A DNA stretch of 64,000 bases from Candidatus Methanomethylophilaceae archaeon (GCA_050944155.1 JBMNQN010000003.1:32001-96000); one strand, 5' to 3'; positions 21,298-32,697 are shown, numbered from the stretch's first letter. The notes: a model not told the origin generated them from the sequence alone. A program made the numbers and translations.

Positions 21298-23447
21298 TTG
21301 TCCGCGGCCGTTTTCTTTTTGGCGGTCGCATCGTTCGGGGTTCTGACGGGTTTTGCCGATGATGCGGATGCGGTCCTGTTTGATAAGGACGGACTCAAAT
21401 ACGAAACCACCTCCGTCGACGAAGTTACGGTTACCGGCACTACATTGAGCTCCGGGGATTTGGTAATTCCCCCCTCAGTTATTTACGGCGGGACGAATTA
21501 CACAGTCACCTCCATCGGGAATAACGCATTCTACGGCTGTTCCGGGTTCACTGATTCTCTGACCATACCCAATAGCGTAAGACCATCGAGTATTCCGCAT
21601 TCCAGGGTTGTTCCGGGTTCAAAGGTAACCTCGTCATACCGGACAGCGTCACTTCCATAGGGGATTATGCATTCTATGAGTGTTCCGGGTTTGACGGCAA
21701 CCTTACGATACCCGGCACCGTCAAGTCCATCGGTAGGTCCGCATTCTTTGGCTGTTCCAAGTTAACCGGCGACCTCACCATACCCGATGGCGTCGAGTCC
21801 ATCGGGATTAACGCATTCTGTGGATGTTCCAGGTTCGACGGTACCCTCAAGATATCCAGCGATGTCACATCCATCGGGCATTCCGTATTCTCTCACTGTT
21901 CCATGTTAACCGGTAACCTCACCATACCCGGCTCCGTCAAGTCCATCGGTGATTCCGCATTCTATGGGTGTTCCAAGTTAACCGGCCCCCTCACCATACC
22001 CGGCTCCGTCGAGTCCATCGGGGATTACGCGTTTCAGGATTGTTCCGAGTTAACTGGTAACCTCGTCATACCGGACAGCGTCACAACCATCGGGGAATCA
22101 GCATTCTACGGGGCGGAGTCTTTTAAGGGCCTAACCTTTGCCGGAGAAAGTTTTCCCGCAATCGGAAGCAATGCATTTAATTTCAACACGACTTCGAAGG
22201 AAAAACGCTACGATCTTAAATTCCAGTCCAACAGGCCGTTGCCCGACACAATGAAGTACGATCACACGAAATTCCAATGCGAAATAATCTGGAACTTTGG
22301 TGAAATCTCTTATTCACAGGACTGTCTCTACGGAACCCTTCCGGAATATGAAGGAACCGTACCCGCCGGAAATTTCTTTGAATGGCCGGCTGTCGAAGAG
22401 GTAACCGGTCCGAAGGAATATACCGTCGCGTACAAAGAAATCACCGTGGATTTCGGCGAAGACAATTACTACTACACGGGTTCCCCAGTAGTTCCGGAAG
22501 TAACCGTTAAAATCGGTTCCGATATACTCGAAAAAGACACGGACTACGAGATTTCTTATTCGGAAACCTATGTTGGCTCCGCCGCCGTCACCATCACGGG
22601 CATCGGCAAGTACGGAGGAACCGTCGAAAAAGGATTTGAGATCCTCAAGGCGAAGCTGACGGTCACCGCCGAAGACAAGACGGTCACCTTCTCCGAAGCA
22701 GCTCCCGAGTTTACCGCGAAGTACGAAGGGTTTGTGAACGACGAGAACGAAAGCGTTCTCGGCGGAACTCTGGAATTCGACTGCGGTTACGACGGATCCG
22801 TTTACGCGGAGACCTTCGACATAATACCCAATGGATTAACATCGGACAACTACAACATAACGTTCGTTAAGGGCACCCTTACCGTCTCGAAGGCGGAGAT
22901 CGGCATACCGACCGCCGTATCCGGACTTACCTACAACGGTGCGGAACAGACCGGCGTCCCCGTGGGCGAGGGCTACACAATAACCGGGAATACCGGCATT
23001 AATGCCGGCGGTTACACAGCAACAGCAACCCTCGATGACGGTTATGCCTGGTCCGACGGTTCCGTCGATAACAAGACGATTGAATGGTCCATAGCCAAGG
23101 CGATACTTACCGCCGCTTACTCTGGAGAGACCGTAACTTACGGCGACAGCCCTGAACTGAATGTCACGGTGACGGGCTTCGTCAACGGAGAGACGGCCGA
23201 AACTGCGGCCGGCTACGTTGCACCGACGGTGATTAACGAAAACACTGACGCGGGTACCTACACCCTGGTGCCGGCAGGCGGCTCCGCTCTCAACTACGAC
23301 TTCGAATACGTATCCGGCACCCTAACCATAGAGGCAAACGCACCTGCCGAGAATACGGGCGTCTCCCTGGGCGCGATTGCTGCCACCGTTGCGGTTCTGG
23401 CAGTCGCCGCCGCTGCCGTTGCGTTCTGGCTGCTGAGACGTAAGTGA
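21298..23447 (+). pseudogene. BspA-type LRR + MBG-domain surface adhesin, broken by a 1-nt frameshift
   Basis: Signal-like N-terminus, 24-aa LRRs, MBG-like KAKLTVTAEDKT, C-terminal TM plus RRK; frame break at ~21578; no in-frame ATG upstream. Confidence 0.8.
21511..22110 (+). repeat. About 8.5 tandem 72-bp coding repeats (BspA/LRR_5 units)
   Basis: Recurrent TCCATCGG...GCATTC...TGTTCC...ATACC; unit SIGxxAFxGCSxLTGxLTIPxSVx. Confidence 0.88.
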
Positions 23448-23480
23448 GTCCGGGATGCCCGCTCTGTGGGCGTCCCGGGC
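23448..23480 (+). terminator. GC-rich hairpin after the adhesin gene
   Basis: GTCCGGGATGCCC / GGGCGTCCCGGGC stem with G-U pairs. Confidence 0.55.
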
Positions 23481-23651
23481 CAAACCTCTTACCGCACACT
23501 CGCGGCGGATTATCGTAAATTCTGCCCCCAGGGCGCGCAATAAACCTATTAACTCCCGAATCAGCGTTCACTTACTTCGTCGGGCAATCCGTTACGGCAC
23601 TGTCTTTTGAACGGAATCCCGCCGTAGGGAGTATGGCTTTCAGACCGGAGT

Positions 23652-23801
23652 CACCCCGAAGAAGATTTCCATTGTGAATGCGGAGCAATCTTACCCGTTT
23701 TCTTCATTTATGACTTTTCCTTTTGCCGTCTGGATATGTGTGCGGCGCGACAGAACGTATGTTAATATTTACCGAAAAAACAAACAGCAGAAAGTCCAAA
23801 A
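23652..23801 (-). repeat. Right copy of the degenerate inverted repeat
   Basis: Reverse complement aligns by eye to 20815-20955 with small indels. Confidence 0.8.
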
Positions 23802-23887
23802 TGCAGCAATCTTCGGTATTACCAGGAATTATTCAGCAGAGTACTTTTTGATGGTCAGATTATATATTATCGAACCAATCATCGTTT

Positions 23888-25147
23888 ATGACAGTCAGAG
23901 ATTCCATAGCGGGCGGTTTCGTCTCCGTAAAGGAAGAGACGGACAGAGATTCGGGTAAAATCACCGAAATACTGTCCGGTGACCAATCCTCGACGTTTCT
24001 TTTCGAGAACATCAACGGAAGGAAAGCCGCCGGCAACTGCTTTTCCACCAGAAAGAAGATTGCGGACGCTCTCGGCATAAAACCCGAAGAAATCATAAAC
24101 GCAATGTCCGCGGCCGCTGCTTCCCCGCAGCCCGTGACCGAAACAAAGAAACCCGCATTCAGGGAAAAAGCCGTAAAAACGGATCTGACCGAACTCCCCA
24201 TACCGAAATACTATCCCGAAGACGGAGGACGCTACATCTCCTCCGGCGTAATCGTTGCGGAATGGGGAGGCAAGAAAAACGTTTCTTTCCACAGAATGAT
24301 GATTATGGGTCCGGACAAGATGGCCGTAAGACTGGTTCCCAGACACCTGTACACAATGTACAACGCGGCCAAAAAAGCAGGGGAGGAACTGAAGATAGCC
24401 GTATGCGTGGGAGTTCCCGCGGAAGTTCTTCTGGGAGCCGCAACGTCCACGGATTACGAAACGGACGAACTGGAAGTAGCGTCCGCTCTGAGAGTCAACG
24501 CCGGAAAGAAACCTCTGGAAGTGGGAAAGTGCGATAACGGTCTGTACGTTCCGGCCGATACCGACTACGTCTTCGAAGGACGCATAACCTTCGAAGAAAC
24601 GGCCGAAGGACCGTTCGTGGATATCACGAACACTTACGATACGGTGAGACAGCAGCCCGTAATAAAAATCGATAAAATCTGGAGCTGCAAAGACCCGATA
24701 TTCCATCTGCTTCTGCCCGGAGGATGGGAACACTATCTTCTCATGGGCCTTCCCAGGGAACCCATGATTCTCAAATCCGTAAGACAGGCTGTACCCAGAG
24801 TCAAAGCGGTGCGTTTGACCGAAGGGGGATGTTGCTGGCTAAACGGAGTCGTATCTGTTGCCAAAAACAAGGAAGGCGACGGCGTAAACGCAATAATGGC
24901 CGCGTTTACCGGACACACGTCCATGAAACAGGTAATCGTTGTCGACGACGACATAGACATATTCGACGACAGGGAAGTGGAATGGGCGGTGGCCACGAGA
25001 ATGCAGGGAGACGGAATAATCAGAATACCGGGAGCGGCCGGATCGTCTCTGGATCCGAGCGCGGGAAAGGTAACGTGGAAAATCGGGTACGACGCCACTC
25101 TGCCTCTGGACGCGGATCTGAAGGTATTCAGAAAGGTTTCCTTATGA
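23888..25147 (+). CDS. UbiD-family decarboxylase (possibly anhydromevalonate-phosphate decarboxylase)
   Basis: DGGRY, NVSFHR, EGPFVD, VVDDDID, SSLDPS. Confidence 0.88.
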   Translation: MTVRDSIAGGFVSVKEETDRDSGKITEILSGDQSSTFLFENINGRKAAGNCFSTRKKIADALGIKPEEIINAMSAAAASPQPVTETKKPAFREKAVKTDLTELPIPKYYPEDGGRYISSGVIVAEWGGKKNVSFHRMMIMGPDKMAVRLVPRHLYTMYNAAKKAGEELKIAVCVGVPAEVLLGAATSTDYETDELEVASALRVNAGKKPLEVGKCDNGLYVPADTDYVFEGRITFEETAEGPFVDITNTYDTVRQQPVIKIDKIWSCKDPIFHLLLPGGWEHYLLMGLPREPMILKSVRQAVPRVKAVRLTEGGCCWLNGVVSVAKNKEGDGVNAIMAAFTGHTSMKQVIVVDDDIDIFDDREVEWAVATRMQGDGIIRIPGAAGSSLDPSAGKVTWKIGYDATLPLDADLKVFRKVSL

Positions 25148-25219
25148 TGTCTTTTGCAAAGGTCTTATAATAAGAATATGCATATGCGGTTAAGAACCCC
25201 GTAAGGGAATGGTGAACAA

Positions 25220-25333
25220 ATGGCAGACGAGAACGCAATGGAAGAGAAGAGGAAGCGCAACAACAAAATCATCGCCACGGTCATGTTTCTTTCCGTGCTC
25301 GCCGCGACGGTGTTTGCTTACTGCTACTTCTGA
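25220..25333 (+). CDS. 37-aa small membrane protein (absent from the ORF track)
   Basis: MADENAMEEKRKRNNKIIATVMFLSVLAATVFAYCYF; GGTGA RBS; upstream TTATAA; downstream hairpin and T-tract. Confidence 0.65.
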   Translation: MADENAMEEKRKRNNKIIATVMFLSVLAATVFAYCYF

Positions 25334-25410
25334 TCGGCCGTAAACCGTATTCCGGGTGCCCGCCCGGTTATTTTTAACACTGATACAAGGTACGCGCGGT
25401 ACCTTCCGTT

Positions 25411-26733
<1,323 letters not shown>

Positions 26734-26758
26734 TTAATGCGTCCGCCTATAAAATGAC

Positions 26759-27862
26759 TCATCGTTTTCCGTCGGGACTGACAGAAGAATAAACGGAAAT
26801 TATCTCGTTCAGATTCAGATCGGTTTTGAACGAAGTGGGGGAAACATGGGTTTTGGACGCTCTGCCGTAAAGACGGAGTTCTTCGATCATGCGGTCTATT
26901 TTCGGCGGGGACAGTTTCGTATGGGAAGAAAGTTCGCTCAGGTCGTAAACGAAAACGGAATCCAGTTCTTCTTTCCAAATATCCAGCATTTTGCCGCAGC
27001 GTTTCTCCTCCGCGGTTCCTTCCGGACTCATGGAATCAAGAATATCCCTGTCGTGAAGGGGACCCGCCCAAAGGGGACCGAGACGGTGTTCCGAATCCGA
27101 ATGCTCCGACAGAGATCTTTCCATGGTACTCCTGTCGTAATGCATGTAATTCAATTGTGCCAGCATCTTATCCGCTTCGACCGAGCCCTCGGTGATTCTT
27201 ACATAGGTGCGGTAATAGTGGTCTGCGGAAAAAGAGAGCATGGGAACCATTCCCCTGTCGAATTTGGCAAGTTCTCTGGCAACCGCACTCATAAGAATGC
27301 GCAGTCCGCCTTCGTGGCACATGTATCCTCTCACGGGTTCGGACTGGTACCGTCTGCGGCATTTGGCCGCGTGGGCTCCCGCGAGGGGTGCGGTGTCCGT
27401 TGCCGTAACGGCGAGTATTCCTTTTCTGGAACATCCTCTTATCGCGGACTGAATGAACGGAACCGGGGAACCGAAAGGATCCAGATCCACGTATCCGAAC
27501 GCATGTTCGGAAAAAAGAACGTGAAGATTTTTTATCGACGGTTCGCAGTTTTCCAGATTGTTCTGCGCTATGTTTTTTTCTATGAACGGCAGAGAATCCG
27601 GATTGACGTCGTTTGCGGTGACTTCGGTGTTTTTCGCTTCGTTGGCTATCCGTACCGCCCGTGCGCCGGTGGCGGTCATGGCGTCTGCAACCGTTATGTT
27701 GCGTTCGAGAGAACGCAGGAGCATCACGCTCACGTCACGGTTGAAGGCCATCTGACTGTTGAAAAAAACACCGCCGGTCTTTTTACCGGGACCGCCGGAG
27801 GAATGTTCTTCGGGAACCGTCAGAAGCGTGTTTCCTTCCTTTACCGCGACTGTTCGGGGCAT
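26759..27862 (-). CDS. trm1: tRNA (guanine26-N2)-dimethyltransferase
   Basis: VFFNSQMAFNRD, ATGARA, DLDPFGSP, TATDTA. Confidence 0.92.
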   Translation of the reverse strand: MPRTVAVKEGNTLLTVPEEHSSGGPGKKTGGVFFNSQMAFNRDVSVMLLRSLERNITVADAMTATGARAVRIANEAKNTEVTANDVNPDSLPFIEKNIAQNNLENCEPSIKNLHVLFSEHAFGYVDLDPFGSPVPFIQSAIRGCSRKGILAVTATDTAPLAGAHAAKCRRRYQSEPVRGYMCHEGGLRILMSAVARELAKFDRGMVPMLSFSADHYYRTYVRITEGSVEADKMLAQLNYMHYDRSTMERSLSEHSDSEHRLGPLWAGPLHDRDILDSMSPEGTAEEKRCGKMLDIWKEELDSVFVYDLSELSSHTKLSPPKIDRMIEELRLYGRASKTHVSPTSFKTDLNLNEIISVYSSVSPDGKR

Positions 27863-28407
27863 CAGACATTTTCACCGCTCATCAGGCGTATGATTTTGTA
27901 CGGGAGAATGTTGCGATTGGTAGGCGTCACTTCGAGTATGCGGACGTCGTCGCGTCTTCTTATGTCCTGCAGAAGAGGGTTTCTGGATTTTTTGTGCAGA
28001 GTTATAATCATGGGTTTCCCCACTTCGAGGGCCTCTTTTACGGATTCGATGAACGCGGGGCATTCGACTTCCAGCCTCCCGACTTCGTCGATTACGATGA
28101 TGTCGCACTCTTCGCATGCTCGTTTTATGGCGGCCACACCGATTTTTTCCAGTGCTTCAACGTCCAATCCGAGTTTTCCCACGGTTATACGGCTGTCTAT
28201 GTCCACACTGGCGAAAACCTCGGTTTCTCCGGTGACTAAATCCCTTACGGTACACCCGGTCTTCCGGCGGCCGTCGTCAACGGGTTCGTTAATCATGCCC
28301 CCGATTTTCATGTCGCTGTCGCCCAGCATTTCCAGTACTTTCAGTAATACGTAGGTCTTTCCGGACCCAGGAAGACCGGTTATGCCGATTTTGAGATTAG
28401 AAGCCAT
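27862..28407 (-). CDS. NTPase_1 (THEP1-like) nucleoside triphosphatase
   Basis: GLPGSGKT, VIDEVGRLE. Confidence 0.88.
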   Translation of the reverse strand: MASNLKIGITGLPGSGKTYVLLKVLEMLGDSDMKIGGMINEPVDDGRRKTGCTVRDLVTGETEVFASVDIDSRITVGKLGLDVEALEKIGVAAIKRACEECDIIVIDEVGRLEVECPAFIESVKEALEVGKPMIITLHKKSRNPLLQDIRRRDDVRILEVTPTNRNILPYKIIRLMSGENV

Positions 28408-28457
28408 AATTCCGTATCCAGGTTGTACCTGTATGGTTTTTCTGATATATAGACTGT

Positions 28458-28850
28458 TCACGGTTTTGGAGGCTGCGAAACCTCCGATACGAACATGAGA
28501 GGATATCCCAGCTCCGAATCGAATCGCATCTCGGCGGTGACCGAAACGTCTTCTATTTTTATCCGCACCACGACATCTATTTTCTCTCCGGTGAGGGAAA
28601 AATAGGAGTAGCGATCCCTGGCTTTGGAGAAAACGCTGCGGTCTATACGTATCCTGACGGATTCCACGTATGGCTGGGCTCCGACGCATTTTTCCATGGC
28701 TCTTTCCAGGTCTTCGACGCCGTTCAGGTTCACGGGGGTTCCCACGAATTGGTGGTAAACCGTTCCCATTTTTATTCCGGCTTCGAACAGTGCGCGCTCT
28801 CTCACCGTGCAGCTGAATCTTTCGGCGGCCAAGGTTTCACGGTCTGTCAT
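28458..28850 (-). CDS. mptD: Archaeal dihydroneopterin aldolase family
   Basis: ERALFEAGIKMGTVYHQFVGTPV, YPLM. Confidence 0.88.
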   Translation of the reverse strand: MTDRETLAAERFSCTVRERALFEAGIKMGTVYHQFVGTPVNLNGVEDLERAMEKCVGAQPYVESVRIRIDRSVFSKARDRYSYFSLTGEKIDVVVRIKIEDVSVTAEMRFDSELGYPLMFVSEVSQPPKP

Positions 28851-28954
28851 CCGGAACGCGATGAGGTTCCGATTATTTTGATATGACGCATGTTTTTCGG
28901 AAAACGACCCGAAACGGCGGGAACAATTTATTAACACGATTGCATGAGGGTCCG

Positions 28955-29857
28955 ATGGAAAACATCGGGGAAAAAATCCTCAGACTGAAGGAAGAGAAGA
29001 ACGCCGTAATCATGGCACACAATTACACGATGCCGGACGTTCAGGAAGTTTCCGATTACACGGGAGACTCTCTGGGTCTTTCCCGCGCAGCCGCGAAGAC
29101 GGATGCGGACGTCATCGTGTTCTGCGGCGTCAATTTCATGGGAGAGACCGCAAAAATTCTGAATCCGGAAAAGAAGGTTCTGCTTCCCGAACCCTCGGCG
29201 GGATGTTCCATGGCGTCCATGTGCACAGGATACCAGATACGCGGACTGAGAAAAGAATACCCGGGAGCGGCGGTTGTCGCTTACGTGAATTCCACGGCGG
29301 ACGTAAAGGCGGAAGCTGACATATGCTGCACCTCGTCCAATTCCGTGGAAGTGGTTTCGTCTCTTGACGAAGAGGAAGTCATTTTCGTCCCCGATGCGAA
29401 TCTGGCACATTATACCGCGGAGCATGTTCCCGACAAGAAAATAATTCCCTTCCACGGATACTGTTCGGTGCATCACGGAATAACCGTAAGACAGATAGAG
29501 GATCTTCTGGCGGCCCATCCGGGTTCCAAGGTGATAAGCCATCCCGAATGCAGGAAGGATGTGCTGGATATTTCCGATTTCGTAGGTTCCACGGAAAAAA
29601 TGATCCGTTACGTAAAGGAATCTCCCGTTCCGCAGTTTATTGTCGCTACAGACAGGAACATGGCCCACAGGATAATGAAAGAACGGGGGGACGCGGAGCT
29701 ATTCTTCCCTCCCAACGCAATATGCCACACCATGAGAATGATGGATTCCCGTTCCGTTCTGGAGTCTCTGGAAGAAGAAAAATACGAAGTGGTTTTAGAT
29801 CCCGTAATAGCGGAGAAGGCCCGCAGGCCCGTGGAAAGAATGCTTTCCGTCCGCTGA
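28955..29857 (+). CDS. nadA: Quinolinate synthase
   Basis: AHNY, GDSL, FCGVNFMGE, GCSMA, YVNS, HPEC. Confidence 0.95.
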   Translation: MENIGEKILRLKEEKNAVIMAHNYTMPDVQEVSDYTGDSLGLSRAAAKTDADVIVFCGVNFMGETAKILNPEKKVLLPEPSAGCSMASMCTGYQIRGLRKEYPGAAVVAYVNSTADVKAEADICCTSSNSVEVVSSLDEEEVIFVPDANLAHYTAEHVPDKKIIPFHGYCSVHHGITVRQIEDLLAAHPGSKVISHPECRKDVLDISDFVGSTEKMIRYVKESPVPQFIVATDRNMAHRIMKERGDAELFFPPNAICHTMRMMDSRSVLESLEEEKYEVVLDPVIAEKARRPVERMLSVR

Positions 29858-30316
29858 TCAGCGGTACATCATTTCCCTGGCGTCTTCGGGAATCATGTTC
29901 TTGAGTTCCCCGTCGTGAAGGTCCGCCGTGTGCAGGGAAATCAGTATCAGGTGTTTAATCAGATCCTGAGACGGAACTCCGTCCCTGTAGCTCTGGATTA
30001 TTTTGAACGTGATGTACCCGTCTTCCGCGTCAAGGTGGAAGCTGCCGTTGTTTATCGTGTTGTTGATATTGTTCAGTTCCACCGCAAGTTCTTTTCTTCT
30101 GCTGGGAGGCACTTCGAACATGAGGCGGCAGTAGATGTTGAGAGTTTTGTGTTCCTCGTCCGCAGCAAGAATCATTCCCAGGGGAAGGTCGCCGCCTCCG
30201 GCGGTAAGGTAAACGGCCTCTCCTTCTTCGGCGACTTCGTAATCGTAATCAAAGCTGTCCAACGCTCTGCAGACCGCATTTTTGACGGATTTGGCTTTAC
30301 CCTTTCTCTTGAACAT
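29858..30316 (-). CDS. YbjN-domain-like protein
   Basis: LNNINN...GSFHLD..DG.I.F pattern of the YbjN chaperone-like fold. Confidence 0.65.
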   Translation of the reverse strand: MFKRKGKAKSVKNAVCRALDSFDYDYEVAEEGEAVYLTAGGGDLPLGMILAADEEHKTLNIYCRLMFEVPPSRRKELAVELNNINNTINNGSFHLDAEDGYITFKIIQSYRDGVPSQDLIKHLILISLHTADLHDGELKNMIPEDAREMMYR

Positions 30317-30453
30317 GTTTATCGCAACTGCATGGTTTTGCAGATATTTGATGTTTGATATCTTATTTTTTAACACAGTTAATATTGCACTGTACGTAAA
30401 ACGCAGGGTTCGGTTTCGGGAAATTCTTATTTCTCCGAACCCTTAGTGCGTGC

Positions 30454-30520
30454 GAGGGAAGCCGGATGAAGATATTCTGCGCTGATCCGTGATGAGCCCT
30501 ATGAGTGCCGACGGCCCCTC
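30454..30520 (+). ncRNA. Box C/D methylation guide sRNA (sR-tMet-like; predicted Cm34 of elongator pre-tRNA-Met)
   Basis: C CGGATGA 30463-69, D' CTGA 30482-85, C' GTGATGA 30489-95, D CCGA 30508-11, two 12-nt guides, terminal stem GAGGG..GCCG/CGGC CCCTC. Confidence 0.85.
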
Positions 30521-31055
30521 AGTCGTTTTCGAAGTCGGACATGCCGATATACATGAGCAGGTCGCTCAGTTTCATTCCGTTATCCCATTTCATTATGTAA
30601 TTTCCGTTTCCGGAAACCTCCATATCGGGAATGCGTCTTCCGAGAAGTCTGCTGCGTCCTCTGAGTTCTTCGCATCCTGGCAGAGTAAATACTCTCCACG
30701 GGTCTCCTCTCACTCCTTTAAGTCTGAAGGCGTATATGGGCACCAGGTGGGATTTCCGGCATTCTTGGCTCATGTGCTGGGCCTGCTCGGTCAGACGGGG
30801 ATTTCTGCTGAAATGAAGAACTCCGTCCGCGGTGCTTTTGACTTCTATGGGAAAAGAAAAGTCCCAGCGCAGAGCCACAAGATCCACTCCCAGCGAACCC
30901 GCCGCTCTAACCACGAGAAACGGTTCTTCGAGCATGGACTCGTAAGCCTTCTTTTCGGACTCGCCGCAGGTTTTGACCATCTTCGCTACGGTTTTGGGGT
31001 CCCCGGTCAGAAGGGACTTCAGTTCTCTTTCGTAAATGTCTCCGGCGACTGCCAT
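30519..31055 (-). CDS. hjc: Archaeal Holliday junction resolvase family
   Basis: G..YEREL, VRAAGS, VDLVA, IEVKS. Confidence 0.8.
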   Translation of the reverse strand: MAVAGDIYERELKSLLTGDPKTVAKMVKTCGESEKKAYESMLEEPFLVVRAAGSLGVDLVALRWDFSFPIEVKSTADGVLHFSRNPRLTEQAQHMSQECRKSHLVPIYAFRLKGVRGDPWRVFTLPGCEELRGRSRLLGRRIPDMEVSGNGNYIMKWDNGMKLSDLLMYIGMSDFEND

Positions 31056-31119
31056 GTCTGAAGAAAAGGGTAAGCGGTTTATAAACAGGCACACGGGGTG
31101 GCCGAAAGTACCGAAAGTG

Positions 31120-32424
31120 TCAGGGGGACAGTCTTGCGGGGTCTCTCGGGAAGAGAATGGCTTCCCTGATGTTGGGCAGATCCAGCATTTTTGTCAGCAG
31201 TCTTTCGGTTCCGATGCCCCATCCTCCGTGAGGCGGCATTCCGAATCTGAAGGCTTCCAGGTAGAATTCGAAATCTTTCGGATCGAGTCCTTTCTTTTCC
31301 ATCCTTTCCGTAAGACGGCCGATTCTGTGTTCTCTCTGTCCTCCGGAAGAGATTTCCTGCCCTTTGTAATCCAGGTCGAAAGAGTACGAGAAGGGAGTTC
31401 CGTCCTTCTCCATGATGTAGAAGGGTTTCGCTTCTTCGGGGTATTCGCATATGAAGTAGAGCTCGTAACCTTTCGAGCTCATATAGTCTCCGATTATTTT
31501 CTCGCCCTCGGTTCCGAGGTCGTCTCCGTCCTTAAGTGCCAGACCGTTTTTTCTGACTATATCTAGGCACTCGCTGTAAGTGATGCGGGGATACGGAACC
31601 GCCGGAACGTTAACGGTTTTTCCCAGAACCGAAAGCTGTTTCTTTCCCCTTTCGGAGATGCCGGAAAGAACCCTGTTTATGATGGTTTCCAGCATGTTCA
31701 TCACGTCTTCCTGGGAATCTATCCAGGATATTTCTCCGTCGAAGGAAACGAATTCGGTCACGTGGCGGTTGGTGTTGGAATGTTCCGCGCGGAAGGCGGG
31801 GGATATTTCGAAAACCCGGTCGAGACCGGAAGACATGAGCATCTGTTTGTACAGCTGGGGGCTCTGTGCCAGATACGCTTCTCTGCCGAAATAGTCCACC
31901 TTGAAAAGGGTGGCGCCGCCCTCGGCTCCGGAGGAGTTTATTTTCGGAGTGGCGACCTGAGTGAACCCGTACTCGCAGCACACTTCCGTTATTATACGGT
32001 ACATCAGAGATTTGAGTTCGAAAACCGCTCTGACCTCGGGCTTTCTCAGATCCATGAATCTGTGGTTGAGGCGGGTATCGATTTCCGCGTTGACTTTGTC
32101 GATAACGCCCAGGGGAAGAGGTGTTTCGGCTTCCGAAATTATTTCCGCCGACGTAGGTATTATTTCGATACCCGATTCCGTCTGACTGCTCTCTTTGACG
32201 TCGCCGGTTATTCTTACGGCGGATTCTCTGGATACTGTGGTGAGCATCGCGAAAAGCCCGGGTTCGGTTTTCTTTTTGGGCATCGTTATCTGAACGGTTC
32301 CGAAACGGTCTCTCAGGATGAGGAAAGAAATTCCGCCGAGGTTTCTTACGTCCTGCACCCATCCGCTGACGGTGACGGAGCCGTCTCCCGCTTCGATGTC
32401 GCCTGTGTTTCTGGACAAAGTCAT
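31120..32424 (-). CDS. aspS: Aspartate--tRNA ligase (archaeal type)
   Basis: OB fold, LAQSPQLYKQ, FRAE, PPHGGWGIG, FPRD. Confidence 0.96.
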   Translation of the reverse strand: MTLSRNTGDIEAGDGSVTVSGWVQDVRNLGGISFLILRDRFGTVQITMPKKKTEPGLFAMLTTVSRESAVRITGDVKESSQTESGIEIIPTSAEIISEAETPLPLGVIDKVNAEIDTRLNHRFMDLRKPEVRAVFELKSLMYRIITEVCCEYGFTQVATPKINSSGAEGGATLFKVDYFGREAYLAQSPQLYKQMLMSSGLDRVFEISPAFRAEHSNTNRHVTEFVSFDGEISWIDSQEDVMNMLETIINRVLSGISERGKKQLSVLGKTVNVPAVPYPRITYSECLDIVRKNGLALKDGDDLGTEGEKIIGDYMSSKGYELYFICEYPEEAKPFYIMEKDGTPFSYSFDLDYKGQEISSGGQREHRIGRLTERMEKKGLDPKDFEFYLEAFRFGMPPHGGWGIGTERLLTKMLDLPNIREAILFPRDPARLSP

Positions 32425-32697
32425 TCGAATCGGAACGTTATACGCACGTATGATAAAAAAGTGAGGTTTTGCGTCCGGCGGTTCCCCATCGCCGGTATAA
32501 CGTCATATTTACCCGTTTCCGCCGGTTCTGCCGCCGCGGGACCCCGGTGTTTTTCTGTATAGGAATAAGAAAGCGCAGATCCGCACGGACCCTTCCCCCC
32601 TCCGGGAGAGAGGGTTCGTAAAATTCCTGCGGGGCGATTCCGAAACTAATATAAGCGAAGGTCTTAATCTTCTTCCGATTTTAAGACAGGTGCATTC

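Noticed and set aside
21511-22110. Periodic repeats resembling a CRISPR array or DGR template
   Set aside because: 72-bp in-frame coding LRR units with no identical repeats or unique spacers; no cas or reverse transcriptase gene in the window.
30392-30460. H/ACA guide interpretation of the hairpin
   Set aside because: No ACA box after the stem and no clear K-turn or K-loop.
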